Shown in pieces: positions 23,522-31,739 of a stretch of 32,000 nt of DNA (position 1 is the first letter of the stretch; each line of letters opens with the position of its first letter). Source of the stretch: Pullulanibacillus pueri (GTDB lineage Bacteria; Bacillota; Bacilli; Bacillales; Sporolactobacillaceae). Location of the stretch: NCBI RefSeq assembly GCF_014639255.1, contig NZ_BMFV01000013.1:41945-73944 (forward strand), read 5' to 3'. The notes under the pieces are model-generated. The model had not been told where the DNA came from and made no database searches. It was given only the letters and a program-made list of their open reading frames with translations. The position numbers were made by a program, and so were the translations under genes.

Positions 23522-24385
23522 TTAGGATTTTACTTCTGAGCTTTTGACATAGTCGCGCCAGTGATGTTGCGGTTGCCAGTTTAATAGGGTTTTAGCTTTC
23601 TTGTTACTCAATAATGACTCATATCCCTCTAATGGTTCCCGAAAGTCCGTGACGTTAGGGTAAGCTTGTGCCATGAGTTCTCGACTAGGGATAGCCATAC
23701 TGGAATCATCAGCAGCAATATTAAGGGCGACACAGCCAAGATCATCTGTTTCAATGGCTAATCTGTAAGCCACTGCTGCATCTCTTGTATCAATATAGCT
23801 CCACAAAATACTTTTCCGTTGCTCAGGATCATGAATAAAGCTTGGAAAATATTTATATCGATCAGGTGCAATGACATTCCCTAATCGCATGGAAACAATT
23901 TGCATTCCTGTTCGTTGATGAATCATATCCGCTGTTTTTTCATTTACAATCTTAGACAACCCATAGCTGTCTTGTGGCAACCGGGGGTGATCCTCATCAA
24001 CAGGGACATACTGTGGTTCTAATGGGCGAATGGCAAAAACAATACCATAAGAAGATTCACTTGAGGTGATCACCGATTTCTTAATCCCTAAATGGGCCGC
24101 AGCCTCAAGGATATTATAGGTGGACATGACGTTATTTTGAAAAGTGACCTCATTCGGATGTGAATAAGCAACGGGAATTGCTGCCAAATGAACCACCGCA
24201 TCTGCCCCCGCAAGAACACCATAGACTTCGCCTAACTGCGTTAAATCAGTAATAACGGTCGGACAGAGTTCTTCTTGGGGTTTGACTCTATCAACATTCA
24301 CAACATCATAGCCATGATCTATAAATTCCTTAATAACAGAAGGACCAAGCAAACCACTTCCACCTGTCACAACAACCTTTGTCAT
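23522..24385 (-). CDS. NAD(P)-dependent epimerase/dehydratase-family (extended SDR) oxidoreductase
   Basis: N-terminal VVVTGGSGLLG Rossmann motif and YGLSK (YxxxK). AAGGAGG RBS. It lies 23 nt upstream of the AKR gene. Confidence 0.85.
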   Translation of the reverse strand: MTKVVVTGGSGLLGPSVIKEFIDHGYDVVNVDRVKPQEELCPTVITDLTQLGEVYGVLAGADAVVHLAAIPVAYSHPNEVTFQNNVMSTYNILEAAAHLGIKKSVITSSESSYGIVFAIRPLEPQYVPVDEDHPRLPQDSYGLSKIVNEKTADMIHQRTGMQIVSMRLGNVIAPDRYKYFPSFIHDPEQRKSILWSYIDTRDAAVAYRLAIETDDLGCVALNIAADDSSMAIPSRELMAQAYPNVTDFREPLEGYESLLSNKKAKTLLNWQPQHHWRDYVKSSEVKS

Positions 24386-24487
24386 CCTTTTTCCTCCTTA
24401 TTCATATGGCGAATCGAATTCTTGACATCGCTTATCTTTATAATAAGCAGAGAAACAAAGGATTTGAAGAACTGAAATATTTTTCAT

Positions 24488-24513
24488 ATACTGAATTTAT
24501 AACTATTTAGTAT
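24488..24513. promoter_or_regulatory. Inverted repeat in the hxlR-type / SDR divergent intergenic region; candidate operator
   Basis: ATACTGAAT - 8 nt - ATTTAGTAT, with 8 of 9 positions complementary. Confidence 0.35.
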
Positions 24514-24554
24514 CATTTTTATAGTAAGTTTTTAAAACGTATAGGAGTGATCAC

Positions 24555-24872
24555 TTGGAAGCAACAAATCCTGAATTGATCGAATGCTCAATTGAAAAGG
24601 CTTTAAATGTGATAGGAGGCAAATGGTCCTTCCTCGTTCTCAAGGAACTGTTTGAAGGAACACGCAGATTTAGTGAATTGAAAAAAGCGATTCACGGAAT
24701 TAGCCCAACCGCTTTAACAAGTACACTCAGACATCTTGAAAATAACGAAATTCTTACACGAACCGTGTATCCTACTGTCCCTGCCACTGTCGAATATGCG
24801 TTAACAGAGAAAGGACAAGCCCTGCATAAAATGATCAAGGAAATGAAGATTTGGGGATCAAAGTGGACCTAA
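24555..24872 (+). CDS. HxlR-family (DUF24/MarR-like) winged-helix transcriptional regulator
   Basis: 105 aa. GGKWSFLVLKELFEGTRRFSELKK...ISPTALTSTLRHLENNEILTRTVYPTVPATVEYALTEKG is the canonical HxlR domain. TTG start, 5 nt after AGGAGTG. Confidence 0.9.
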   Translation: MEATNPELIECSIEKALNVIGGKWSFLVLKELFEGTRRFSELKKAIHGISPTALTSTLRHLENNEILTRTVYPTVPATVEYALTEKGQALHKMIKEMKIWGSKWT

Positions 24873-24878
24873 TGAGGA

Positions 24879-24899
24879 CCGGGCGAAAGGCATGCCCGG
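24879..24899 (+). terminator. GC-rich hairpin after the hxlR-type gene (weak T tract)
   Basis: CCGGGC gaaaggcat GCCCGG followed by CCTTCATTC. Confidence 0.4.
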
Positions 24900-24931
24900 C
24901 CTTCATTCAGTGAAGTTTAAAAGGTTTCTTA

Positions 24932-25186
24932 CCAAAATGCACCGTCAGCATAAAGTGGTAAGGAGTGGAAGACGGGAGATTCGGCACACTTATACAGAGT
25001 GTGTTCCTTAGCGCCGCTGACCCACGGATGCCTAAACGAGAGTCCATCGGGAACCGGGCCAGCGTTACTTCTCGAATAAACTTCGAGTTGGTCCGAGAAA
25101 GCTGACGACGAGCGTTCTAAAGCGTAATGCCACACCATCCTGGTGACTAGAATTTCTTATTTCTTTTAGAAAACTGGGCTTCTCCC
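24932..25186 (-). repeat. Composite copy of the intergenic repeat family (copy E)
   Basis: CCAAAATGCACCG (compare 15523-15535). Hairpin CACACT tatacag AGTGTG. The core at 25038-25114 is roughly 85 percent identical to 15364-15456, with a perfect apical stem CTCGAA taaac TTCGAG. Then GAGCGTTCTAAAGCGTAATGCCACACCATCCTGGTGAC and TTCTTTTAGAAAACTGGGCTT, as in 15721-15800. Confidence 0.65.
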
Positions 25187-25196
25187 TCCCTATCCT

Positions 25197-25230
25197 TACA
25201 AAAGAGGACTAACGCTCACGCTAATCCCCT
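25197..25230 (-). terminator. Intrinsic terminator of the thi operon
   Basis: On the minus strand, GGATTAGCG tgag CGTTAGTCC. The two G.U pairs form only on the minus strand. TCTTTTG follows. Confidence 0.6.
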
Positions 25231-25254
25231 TTTCCTATGCTTTTAATTTTTTTC

Positions 25255-25902
25255 TTAGTTAACTTCAATCGTCTTATAGAGTTTACGGAAGGCTGCAGCC
25301 GCTTGCTCAGGTTGATTGGCACCTAAAATGGCAGAGACAACAGCAACGCCAGCGACCTTCTCCTTTATAATCAGTCCTGCATTTTGTAGAGTAATCCCTC
25401 CAATGGCGACGATAGGCAAAGAAACGGCTGCTTTTATTTTTCTTAAAGCATCTATCGAAATAATCGTCGCGTCATCCTTTGTTTTCGTTGGGAATACAGA
25501 CCCTACGCCTAAATAATCGGCACCGTCACATTCGGCTCGCTTCGCTTGTTCAACCGTCTCAGCGGATACCCCCAAGAGCTTATCTTCACCTAACAGGCGT
25601 CTCGCAACACTGGCTGGAAGATCTTTTTGTCCAAGATGTAGCCCATCGGCCTCTATCGCAAGCGCGAGATCGAGCCGATCATTGATAATAAAAGGAACGT
25701 TATAGCGAGTGGTGAGCGTTTTTACCCGCTTCGCTAATGTATAAAGCGCACGTGTTTCCAAGGCCTTTTCTCGTAACTGCACAAGAGTGACTCCACCTTT
25801 TAACGCTTGTTCGATTTTCTTTAAAAAAAGCTCTTCATGACGCCCGTCATATTTTTCAGTCACCAAATAAACAGAATAATCTATGGCATGCTTATCTAAC
25901 AA
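25255..25902 (-). CDS. thiE: Thiamine-phosphate synthase
   Basis: 215 aa, ThiE fold motifs (LVQLREK, GADYLGVGSVFPTKTK, VAIGGI). TTG start, 8 nt after GGAGG. It overlaps the end of thiM by 11 nt. Confidence 0.9.
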   Translation of the reverse strand: MLDKHAIDYSVYLVTEKYDGRHEELFLKKIEQALKGGVTLVQLREKALETRALYTLAKRVKTLTTRYNVPFIINDRLDLALAIEADGLHLGQKDLPASVARRLLGEDKLLGVSAETVEQAKRAECDGADYLGVGSVFPTKTKDDATIISIDALRKIKAAVSLPIVAIGGITLQNAGLIIKEKVAGVAVVSAILGANQPEQAAAAFRKLYKTIEVN

Positions 25903-26722
25903 GGATGGTTCCTCCTTCTTGCAGCGCTTCCTTGGTCATAAGAGAGAGCGCATCGATTAAGCGGACACGAAACATTCCTGTCCCTTCATTTTGCTGGAGA
26001 CGGGCATAGCCAAGCTCGCCTGCCCGATTCATTAGCGCGATCCCTGTAATGGTGGCTGACATGTGATCCTTAGTTACTGCACAAGCAGAAGCAATGAGAG
26101 AATTCGTCATACAGCCTGTACCAGAAACTTGAGCGAGCATTGGATGCCCACCCGTAATTTCAGCTAACTGTCGTCCATCGGTAATCACATCTTTTTGACC
26201 GGTAACTGCTACAATGCAGGCATGTTGTTCAGCAAGGTGCTTAGCAATCGTTGCTACATCCTCCATTGAATCACCAGCATCGACGCCCCTACCATTAGAC
26301 TCAATCCCCGCTAGCGCCCTTATTTCTGAGCTATTGCCACGAATCACTGAAAAGCGGATGGAGTGCAAAAGAATCTTAGCAACTTCCATTCGATAACTTG
26401 TGGCACCAACGCCAACAGGATCGAAAATAACAGGAATGCCTTTTTTATTCGCAACTTTGCCAGAGACCAGCATGGCTTGCACCGTTCGCTCTGACAAGGT
26501 GCCCATATTAATCACCAAGGCCTCGGCATGTGCCGTCATCTCCTCAGCGTCTTGGGGGTCATCCGCCATTACTGGACTTGCCCCCACCGCTAGAGTAACA
26601 TTGGCACAATCATTGATTGTGACCGCATTCGTAATATGATGGATCAATGGTCGAGACGCTTTAATGTCTTCAATTAAATGATGAATCGCTTCATAAATAG
26701 TCATACTCTCATTCCTTTTCAT
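25892..26722 (-). CDS. thiM: Hydroxyethylthiazole kinase
   Basis: PLIHHITNAVTINDCANVTLAVGASPVMA and TGTGC motifs. An alternative start is the ATG at 26704 (MTIYEAI...), which would match the N-terminal length of B. subtilis ThiM. Confidence 0.9.
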   Translation of the reverse strand: MKRNESMTIYEAIHHLIEDIKASRPLIHHITNAVTINDCANVTLAVGASPVMADDPQDAEEMTAHAEALVINMGTLSERTVQAMLVSGKVANKKGIPVIFDPVGVGATSYRMEVAKILLHSIRFSVIRGNSSEIRALAGIESNGRGVDAGDSMEDVATIAKHLAEQHACIVAVTGQKDVITDGRQLAEITGGHPMLAQVSGTGCMTNSLIASACAVTKDHMSATITGIALMNRAGELGYARLQQNEGTGMFRVRLIDALSLMTKEALQEGGTILVR

Positions 26723-26726
26723 TCAT

Positions 26727-27539
26727 TTATCCCTGTTTACTTCCTGTCGCCGTATACCATTCATGAAAATGGTGAGTGGGACCTGCACCATGTCCTAACT
26801 CAAGCGCATGGGCAATAGCCCCTTGGATATATTGCTTGGCACGTTGGATGGCCTCTTCTAATGAGTGACCTTTCGCTAAAAAAGCAGCAATGGCTGAAGA
26901 TAAAGTACAACCAGTACCATGGGTATTCTTCGTCGCAATCCTTTTCCCTTCAAAAGTCCGCCACTTCTCGCCATCATATAAAATATCGATCGCCTCTCCT
27001 TGCAAATGACCGCCCTTGACTAAAACCGCTTGTGGCCCTTTTTCAGCAAGCGCTTTTGCGGCCTCCTTCATATCCGACAGAGTTTCGACCGGATGACCAA
27101 CAAGAACACTTGCCTCTTTTAAATTCGGTGTAAGTACAGTTGCTAACGGAAGAAGATGTTCGATCAAAGCTGCTTTTGCCTCTGGCCTTAGTAAATCGTA
27201 GCCGCTTTTAGAAACCATGACCGGATCTAGCACGACATGATGAGGCTGATAAACGCGAAGTTTTCTCGCAATGATTTGAATAATTTCAGCGTTTGAAAGC
27301 ATACCGATTTTCACACTATCAACGGGTATATCTTGAAAAACGGCATCGAGTTGCCCGGTGATTATCTTCTCAGACAGCTCTTCAACCCCAAAAACACCCT
27401 GTGTATTTTGCGCTGTCACGGCCGTAATCACGCTCATCCCGTAAACACCTAGGGCAGAAAAGGTTTTTAAATCGGCTTGAATCCCTGCTCCTCCGGAGGA
27501 ATCAGACCCTGCTATCGTCAGTGCTGTTTTCATTTCCAT
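26727..27539 (-). CDS. thiD: Hydroxymethylpyrimidine/phosphomethylpyrimidine kinase
   Basis: ALTIAGSDSSGGAGIQADLKTF, KIGML and THGTGCTLSSAIAA motifs. The candidate starts at 27545, 27539 and 27533 all overlap thiW. 27539 has the best RBS spacing. Confidence 0.9.
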   Translation of the reverse strand: MEMKTALTIAGSDSSGGAGIQADLKTFSALGVYGMSVITAVTAQNTQGVFGVEELSEKIITGQLDAVFQDIPVDSVKIGMLSNAEIIQIIARKLRVYQPHHVVLDPVMVSKSGYDLLRPEAKAALIEHLLPLATVLTPNLKEASVLVGHPVETLSDMKEAAKALAEKGPQAVLVKGGHLQGEAIDILYDGEKWRTFEGKRIATKNTHGTGCTLSSAIAAFLAKGHSLEEAIQRAKQYIQGAIAHALELGHGAGPTHHFHEWYTATGSKQG

Positions 27540-28041
27540 CTTCATCCCTTCTTAACCAGTCTGAAATGACTTTATGTCTTTTTAATCCTTTTAAGAGAAA
27601 ATACGCAATCAAGCTTCCAACAAGGGAAGCAAGAGTAAAAGGCGTGATGAAATAAAAGACGGCGCTATCTACACCATAAAGGAACTTCGCCAGTGGGAAA
27701 CTCACAAGAGCACCCATTACTCCAGTGCCGATGACTTCTCCCACAGCCGCCCAACCTATCCGTCTTGTTTTTCTAAATAAATTACCTGCGAGGAAAGCCC
27801 CAATCATGCTCCCTGGAAAAGCAAGAAGTGACCCTGTTCCCATAAGATTTCGCAACAAGGAGATCACAAAAGCACATCCTAAGCTATACCAAGGCCCGAC
27901 AAGCACTGCTGTAAGAACATTAATCAGATGTTGCACAGGAAAAAGCTTTGAAACACCTAATGGTATGAAGATGATATCGCCTGTCACGATGCCTAGAGCA
28001 ATAAAAAAGGCTGTTATTACAAGCTTTCGCGTTAACAACAT
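27502..28041 (-). CDS. thiW: ECF-type S component ThiW (thiazole-moiety transporter)
   Basis: 179-aa five/six-TM protein, encoded first behind a TPP riboswitch and directly upstream of thiD-thiM-thiE. That is the genomic context in which ThiW was defined. Confidence 0.75.
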   Translation of the reverse strand: MLLTRKLVITAFFIALGIVTGDIIFIPLGVSKLFPVQHLINVLTAVLVGPWYSLGCAFVISLLRNLMGTGSLLAFPGSMIGAFLAGNLFRKTRRIGWAAVGEVIGTGVMGALVSFPLAKFLYGVDSAVFYFITPFTLASLVGSLIAYFLLKGLKRHKVISDWLRRDEDGNENSTDDSRV

Positions 28042-28141
28042 GTCAAAAGTATCCCCCTCTCCTATATCACACTATAAAATGCCTTCCAATTACGGATAAA
28101 ACTTGGATAGTAGCTGACCATCCATCGACTTCCTTATGACT

Positions 28142-28176
28142 AAAAAAAAAGACGCAAACCAGAATAGGTTTGCGTC
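28142..28176 (-). terminator. Riboswitch-controlled attenuator terminator
   Basis: On the minus strand, GACGCAAACC tattct GGTTTGCGTC followed by T9, between the TPP aptamer and the thiW RBS. Confidence 0.85.
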
Positions 28177-28204
28177 TGTCGTCACTATGTATTAATCGTT
28201 CATG

Positions 28205-28315
28205 CGGCAGTCACTTCCCTACGCTGGTATAAACCAGATCAGGTTCCAAGGGTCAAAGACGTTTAACGGGTCTTAATCTCAGCTGGCCACACCAGCCCCC
28301 CTAGTGCTCAAATCG
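28205..28315 (-). promoter_or_regulatory. TPP (THI-box) riboswitch aptamer
   Basis: The minus strand reads CACTAGGGGGGCTGG..GGCCAGCTGAGATTAAGACCC....GACCCTTGGAACCTGATCTGGTTTATACCAGCGTAGGGAAGTG. This contains the conserved CUGAGA, ACCCUU-GAACCUGAUCUGGUU-AUACCAGCG-AGGGA core and P1 CACU/AGUG. Confidence 0.92.
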
Positions 28316-28336
28316 TATATATACTTTTACTCTTAA

Positions 28337-28365
28337 ACTCTAGCACGATCCCCTCTAGACTTCAA
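28337..28365 (-). promoter_or_regulatory. Putative sigma-A promoter of the thi operon
   Basis: On the minus strand, TTGAAG (28365-28360), 17 nt, TAGAGT (28342-28337), about 20 nt upstream of the aptamer. Confidence 0.45.
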
Positions 28366-28584
28366 GACTAATATTTAAAAGCCCTCTTCGCTATTAACTA
28401 CCATGCATTAAAGACCTCCATAACTCTTCAGCGCTGCATTATTGGCTTCTCATGTGGCCCATTCAAGAGCCCCACCTTCTCCTCACAACCTAAAAATCGG
28501 GCAAATAACTGCCATTGTTAAATTAAACCTTTTCCACAAACTTGAAGAGAAGAGTCAAATTTAAGAGACAGGCTCAGCAACATC

Positions 28585-29709
28585 TTAAGCAGTAAATACC
28601 TTCTCACTTACCTTATATTTTTCAATAGCCTTCATATTCACTTCGTAACCAATGCCAGGTTGATTAGGGACATTGATGGTGCCATCAGCATTCACGGTGA
28701 CCTCTGGAACAATGATATCTTCTTCCCAATAGCGTGAAGAACCCGCTGTATCACCAGGAAGGGTGAATTGTGGCAAAGTGGTGATCGCAATGTTATGGGC
28801 GCGCCCCACACCGGCTTCAAGCATTCCGCCACACCAAACATCGATGCCATTTTTAGCACAGAGATCGTGAATTTTTTTCGATTCGGTTAACCCCCCAACA
28901 CGACCAATTTTAATATTGATAATCTTGCAACTCCCAAGTTCAATAGCTTTGCGGGCATCCGAAACAGAATGAATACTTTCATCCAGGCAAATCGGCGTTG
29001 ACAGCTCCTTCTGTAACTTGGCGTGATCGATGATATCATCATGTTCGAGTGGCTGCTCAATCATCATTAAGTTAAAATCATCTAATCGCTTTAAAAGGTC
29101 AATATCTTTTAATGTATAGGCTGAATTCGCGTCTGCCATAATAGGCACGTCTGGGTAGACACGTCTAATTTCTCTCAACACTTCAACATCCCGACCAGGC
29201 TTTATCTTAAGTTTAAGCCTCTGGTAACCTTCCGTCAGGTAACCGTCTATAAGATGGAGCAGTGCGTTGACCGAGGATTGAATACCAATGCTGATACCAA
29301 CACCGATCTTATCTCGGGTACCGCCTAGGGCCTTGGCTAAAGGCTCCCCGGTTCGTTTAGCATACAAATCCCAAACAGCACCTTCCACAGCCGCTTTCGC
29401 CATATTATTTCGTCTGATATGGGAAAATTTTTCGCTCACCTCATCTGGATGAGTGAGTGGCGCATTCAGCAAAGTAGGAAAAAGAAAATCCTCCAGCATG
29501 TGTTGACTCGTTTGAACTGTTTCTTCACTGTACCAAGGGGAACCCATCGCAACGGACTCGCCCCAGCCGCTCAGCCCGTTTTCATCAACGGCTTCTATCA
29601 AAAGGAAATCCTTATTATGTATCGTCCCGAAACTTGTGGTAAAAGGCGCCTTCATTTTCATCTGCAATTGGCGCAAGATTATTTTTTTAATTTTAAATGT
29701 CTCTTTCAT
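28585..29709 (-). CDS. Enolase-superfamily MenC-subgroup enzyme: N-succinylamino acid racemase / o-succinylbenzoate synthase type
   Basis: 374 aa with the MR/MLE fold. Metal-ligand context [19 protein letters not shown]. Catalytic-Lys regions RLKLKIKPG and [10 protein letters not shown]. Start is the ATG at 29709, 8 nt after GGGAGGA and 1 nt after the upstream TAG stop. Confidence 0.85.
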   Translation of the reverse strand: MKETFKIKKIILRQLQMKMKAPFTTSFGTIHNKDFLLIEAVDENGLSGWGESVAMGSPWYSEETVQTSQHMLEDFLFPTLLNAPLTHPDEVSEKFSHIRRNNMAKAAVEGAVWDLYAKRTGEPLAKALGGTRDKIGVGISIGIQSSVNALLHLIDGYLTEGYQRLKLKIKPGRDVEVLREIRRVYPDVPIMADANSAYTLKDIDLLKRLDDFNLMMIEQPLEHDDIIDHAKLQKELSTPICLDESIHSVSDARKAIELGSCKIINIKIGRVGGLTESKKIHDLCAKNGIDVWCGGMLEAGVGRAHNIAITTLPQFTLPGDTAGSSRYWEEDIIVPEVTVNADGTINVPNQPGIGYEVNMKAIEKYKVSEKVFTA

Positions 29710-29710
29710 G

Positions 29711-30601
29711 CTACTCATCCTCCCTTAAACTCGTGAGTTTTTTTAGTACAAAACGATAGTAACTCACAGCATCACTCTTTTTTATCAAATCCACACCAAC
29801 AAAGCCTTGTGCTATTAAACTATTGAATACCTCTCTTGTTGCTATACGCCAATTCATAGCTAATTCATGATCAAGAGAGCGTATCGTCTGAAAATCATAT
29901 GGAACGGGAACAAACCATTCTGGACTTGTGGCGATATCGACATCCTGTAAAAAGGAAGTCTCCGGCACCGGTAATCCCTGTTTATTGATGACTACCTTCA
30001 ATAAGCAATGGGCCTCATCTATCTGGGTTTCTCTAGACGCGTGAGCATCATTAGGTTTCGTCAGTTGTCCAGTCGCAAACGTTACTCTATCACCCAAACC
30101 CGATGATCGCTTACTCGCTATAGGCCATTCGGCCAAAAAACGATCGGTAGGCAGTCCGGCATTCAATGCGTCTGTCATCTCACCATAACTATTTTCGATA
30201 TATTGACTCGCGAATGCACCTAACTTATGCAAATTCAAATAAGCGTTTAAACTCAACAATGGATCAAACGTCCAAACAATCGATGAATAGCCAGCCTCAC
30301 GTGCCAACTCGTATTGCCGTTGTTTTAACCTTTCACCCATTTTCTGCTTCTGAAAATCGCGCTTGATCCCCAGCATATGCGAACACAAATAACTATTCCC
30401 GTCCTTAAAGCCCGCAAAACTATATAAAAAGCCGACGAGGTGATCCCTTTCATAGGCACCTAGTACAATTCCACCGTTTTTTGCAGCGGTTAGGGTTTGA
30501 TGAATTGGGATCGGTGCCGTATGCCATACTTCTTCCTCAAGCTTCTGCATTTCTTCTAATTCAGCGACTGTACTCAATTTCCTGATTACCGCATTACTCA
30601 T
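29711..30601 (-). CDS. GNAT-superfamily acyltransferase (candidate amino-acid N-succinyltransferase)
   Basis: The N-terminal half has an acyl-CoA-binding-like segment ([28 protein letters not shown]). The assignment relies partly on its position between the M20 hydrolase and the racemase. Start is uncertain: 30601 gives an ATGAGTAA overlap with the upstream stop, and 30619 is the alternative. Confidence 0.65.
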   Translation of the reverse strand: MSNAVIRKLSTVAELEEMQKLEEEVWHTAPIPIHQTLTAAKNGGIVLGAYERDHLVGFLYSFAGFKDGNSYLCSHMLGIKRDFQKQKMGERLKQRQYELAREAGYSSIVWTFDPLLSLNAYLNLHKLGAFASQYIENSYGEMTDALNAGLPTDRFLAEWPIASKRSSGLGDRVTFATGQLTKPNDAHASRETQIDEAHCLLKVVINKQGLPVPETSFLQDVDIATSPEWFVPVPYDFQTIRSLDHELAMNWRIATREVFNSLIAQGFVGVDLIKKSDAVSYYRFVLKKLTSLREDE

Positions 30602-31739
30602 AATCAACAGAACCCCCATATTTCTCTAATGTGATCAAAACCGTTTCCGTCAAAATCTCAATGCCCGAAAATAAGGCCTTTCGATCAAAGGTCATATCTG
30701 GATGGTGCAGGCCAGGCGTCAAGCCACAGCCAAGACCAAGCATGGTTGCTTTTATATGAGGGCGTTTTAATGCATAAAAGTGAAAATCATCCCCGCCTGT
30801 TGTTACAACTGGTGCCTCCAAGTTTTCGACACCCAAGGCCTTACAAATGGATTCAGTCATAACTTCCTGTGCTTCTTTATTTACTATCGCACCCGCGACA
30901 TGCGTCATATTTAAGAATCGTATATCAACCCCAAACTGTTGGGATAATTGTTGGATGATTTGATGTAGTCTCTGGTATAATGCCTCCATCGCCGCGTTAG
31001 TTTGCGCACGTAAATCAACACTGAACTCACCATAACCTGGAATAATATTGGCATTCTTTCCACCTGCCGTTAATTTTGTAAGTTTGATAGAGTAAGGGAT
31101 CATGGGGTCGAGGTGGATTTCATTGATAAAATTGACAAGTGCCGCTCCCACCTCAATCGCGCTCTTTCCAAGATGTGGCCTTGCGCCATGAGCATCCTCA
31201 CCAATGATTTCTCCTTGTATCAACCTGGCCGCCCCATGAACAATGGCCGGTGAGGCCTTCCCATTTTCCACCTCTTGAAAAGGACGCAAATGGACACCGT
31301 AAAGATAATCAACATCGTCAACAACGCCTTTTTCCACCATTTTCAAAGCCCCAGTTCCTTTTTCCTCAGCGGGCTGAAAGATAAAACGGACTGTCCCTTG
31401 ACGAATAACAGCCCTTTTTTTCAGAGCCAACAAAACGCCAAGAACCATCGTCATATGTGCATCATGTCCACATGAATGATTAGCCTGAAACTTACCCTTT
31501 ACCTGTTGCCAAAGCGCATCCATATCCGCTCGTAAAGCAATCACCGGTGACCCTTCACCGATTTCACCGATCACTCCTGGGCAATCCTCAAATGTACGGA
31601 TTCTGCAACCTTTTTTCTCCAACAGCCGTTTCACAAACTGAGTCGTTTCAAACTCCTGCCAACTTATTTCAGGATGTTCATGTAAATAGGTAAAAAGCTG
31701 TGTTACCTCTTCTGCAAAACCGCCATCGAGTCCTTTCAA
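30594..31739 (-). CDS. M20D-family amidohydrolase (N-acyl-L-amino acid amidohydrolase / desuccinylase type)
   Basis: HEHPEISWQEFET, ALRADMDALW and HSCGHDAHM metal-binding motifs. TTG start, 7 nt after AAGGAGG. Confidence 0.85.
   Translation of the reverse strand: MKGLDGGFAEEVTQLFTYLHEHPEISWQEFETTQFVKRLLEKKGCRIRTFEDCPGVIGEIGEGSPVIALRADMDALWQQVKGKFQANHSCGHDAHMTMVLGVLLALKKRAVIRQGTVRFIFQPAEEKGTGALKMVEKGVVDDVDYLYGVHLRPFQEVENGKASPAIVHGAARLIQGEIIGEDAHGARPHLGKSAIEVGAALVNFINEIHLDPMIPYSIKLTKLTAGGKNANIIPGYGEFSVDLRAQTNAAMEALYQRLHQIIQQLSQQFGVDIRFLNMTHVAGAIVNKEAQEVMTESICKALGVENLEAPVVTTGGDDFHFYALKRPHIKATMLGLGCGLTPGLHHPDMTFDRKALFSGIEILTETVLITLEKYGGSVDYE

Noticed and set aside
24929-25138. 69-aa ORF on the minus strand downstream of thiE
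   Set aside because: It coincides with repeat copy E, lies beyond the thi terminator, and has no RBS.
7061-25186. Could the dispersed repeats be a CRISPR array or leader?
   Set aside because: The copies lie kilobases apart in different intergenic regions and are 60-250 nt long and diverged. There is no regular repeat-spacer periodicity and there are no cas genes.
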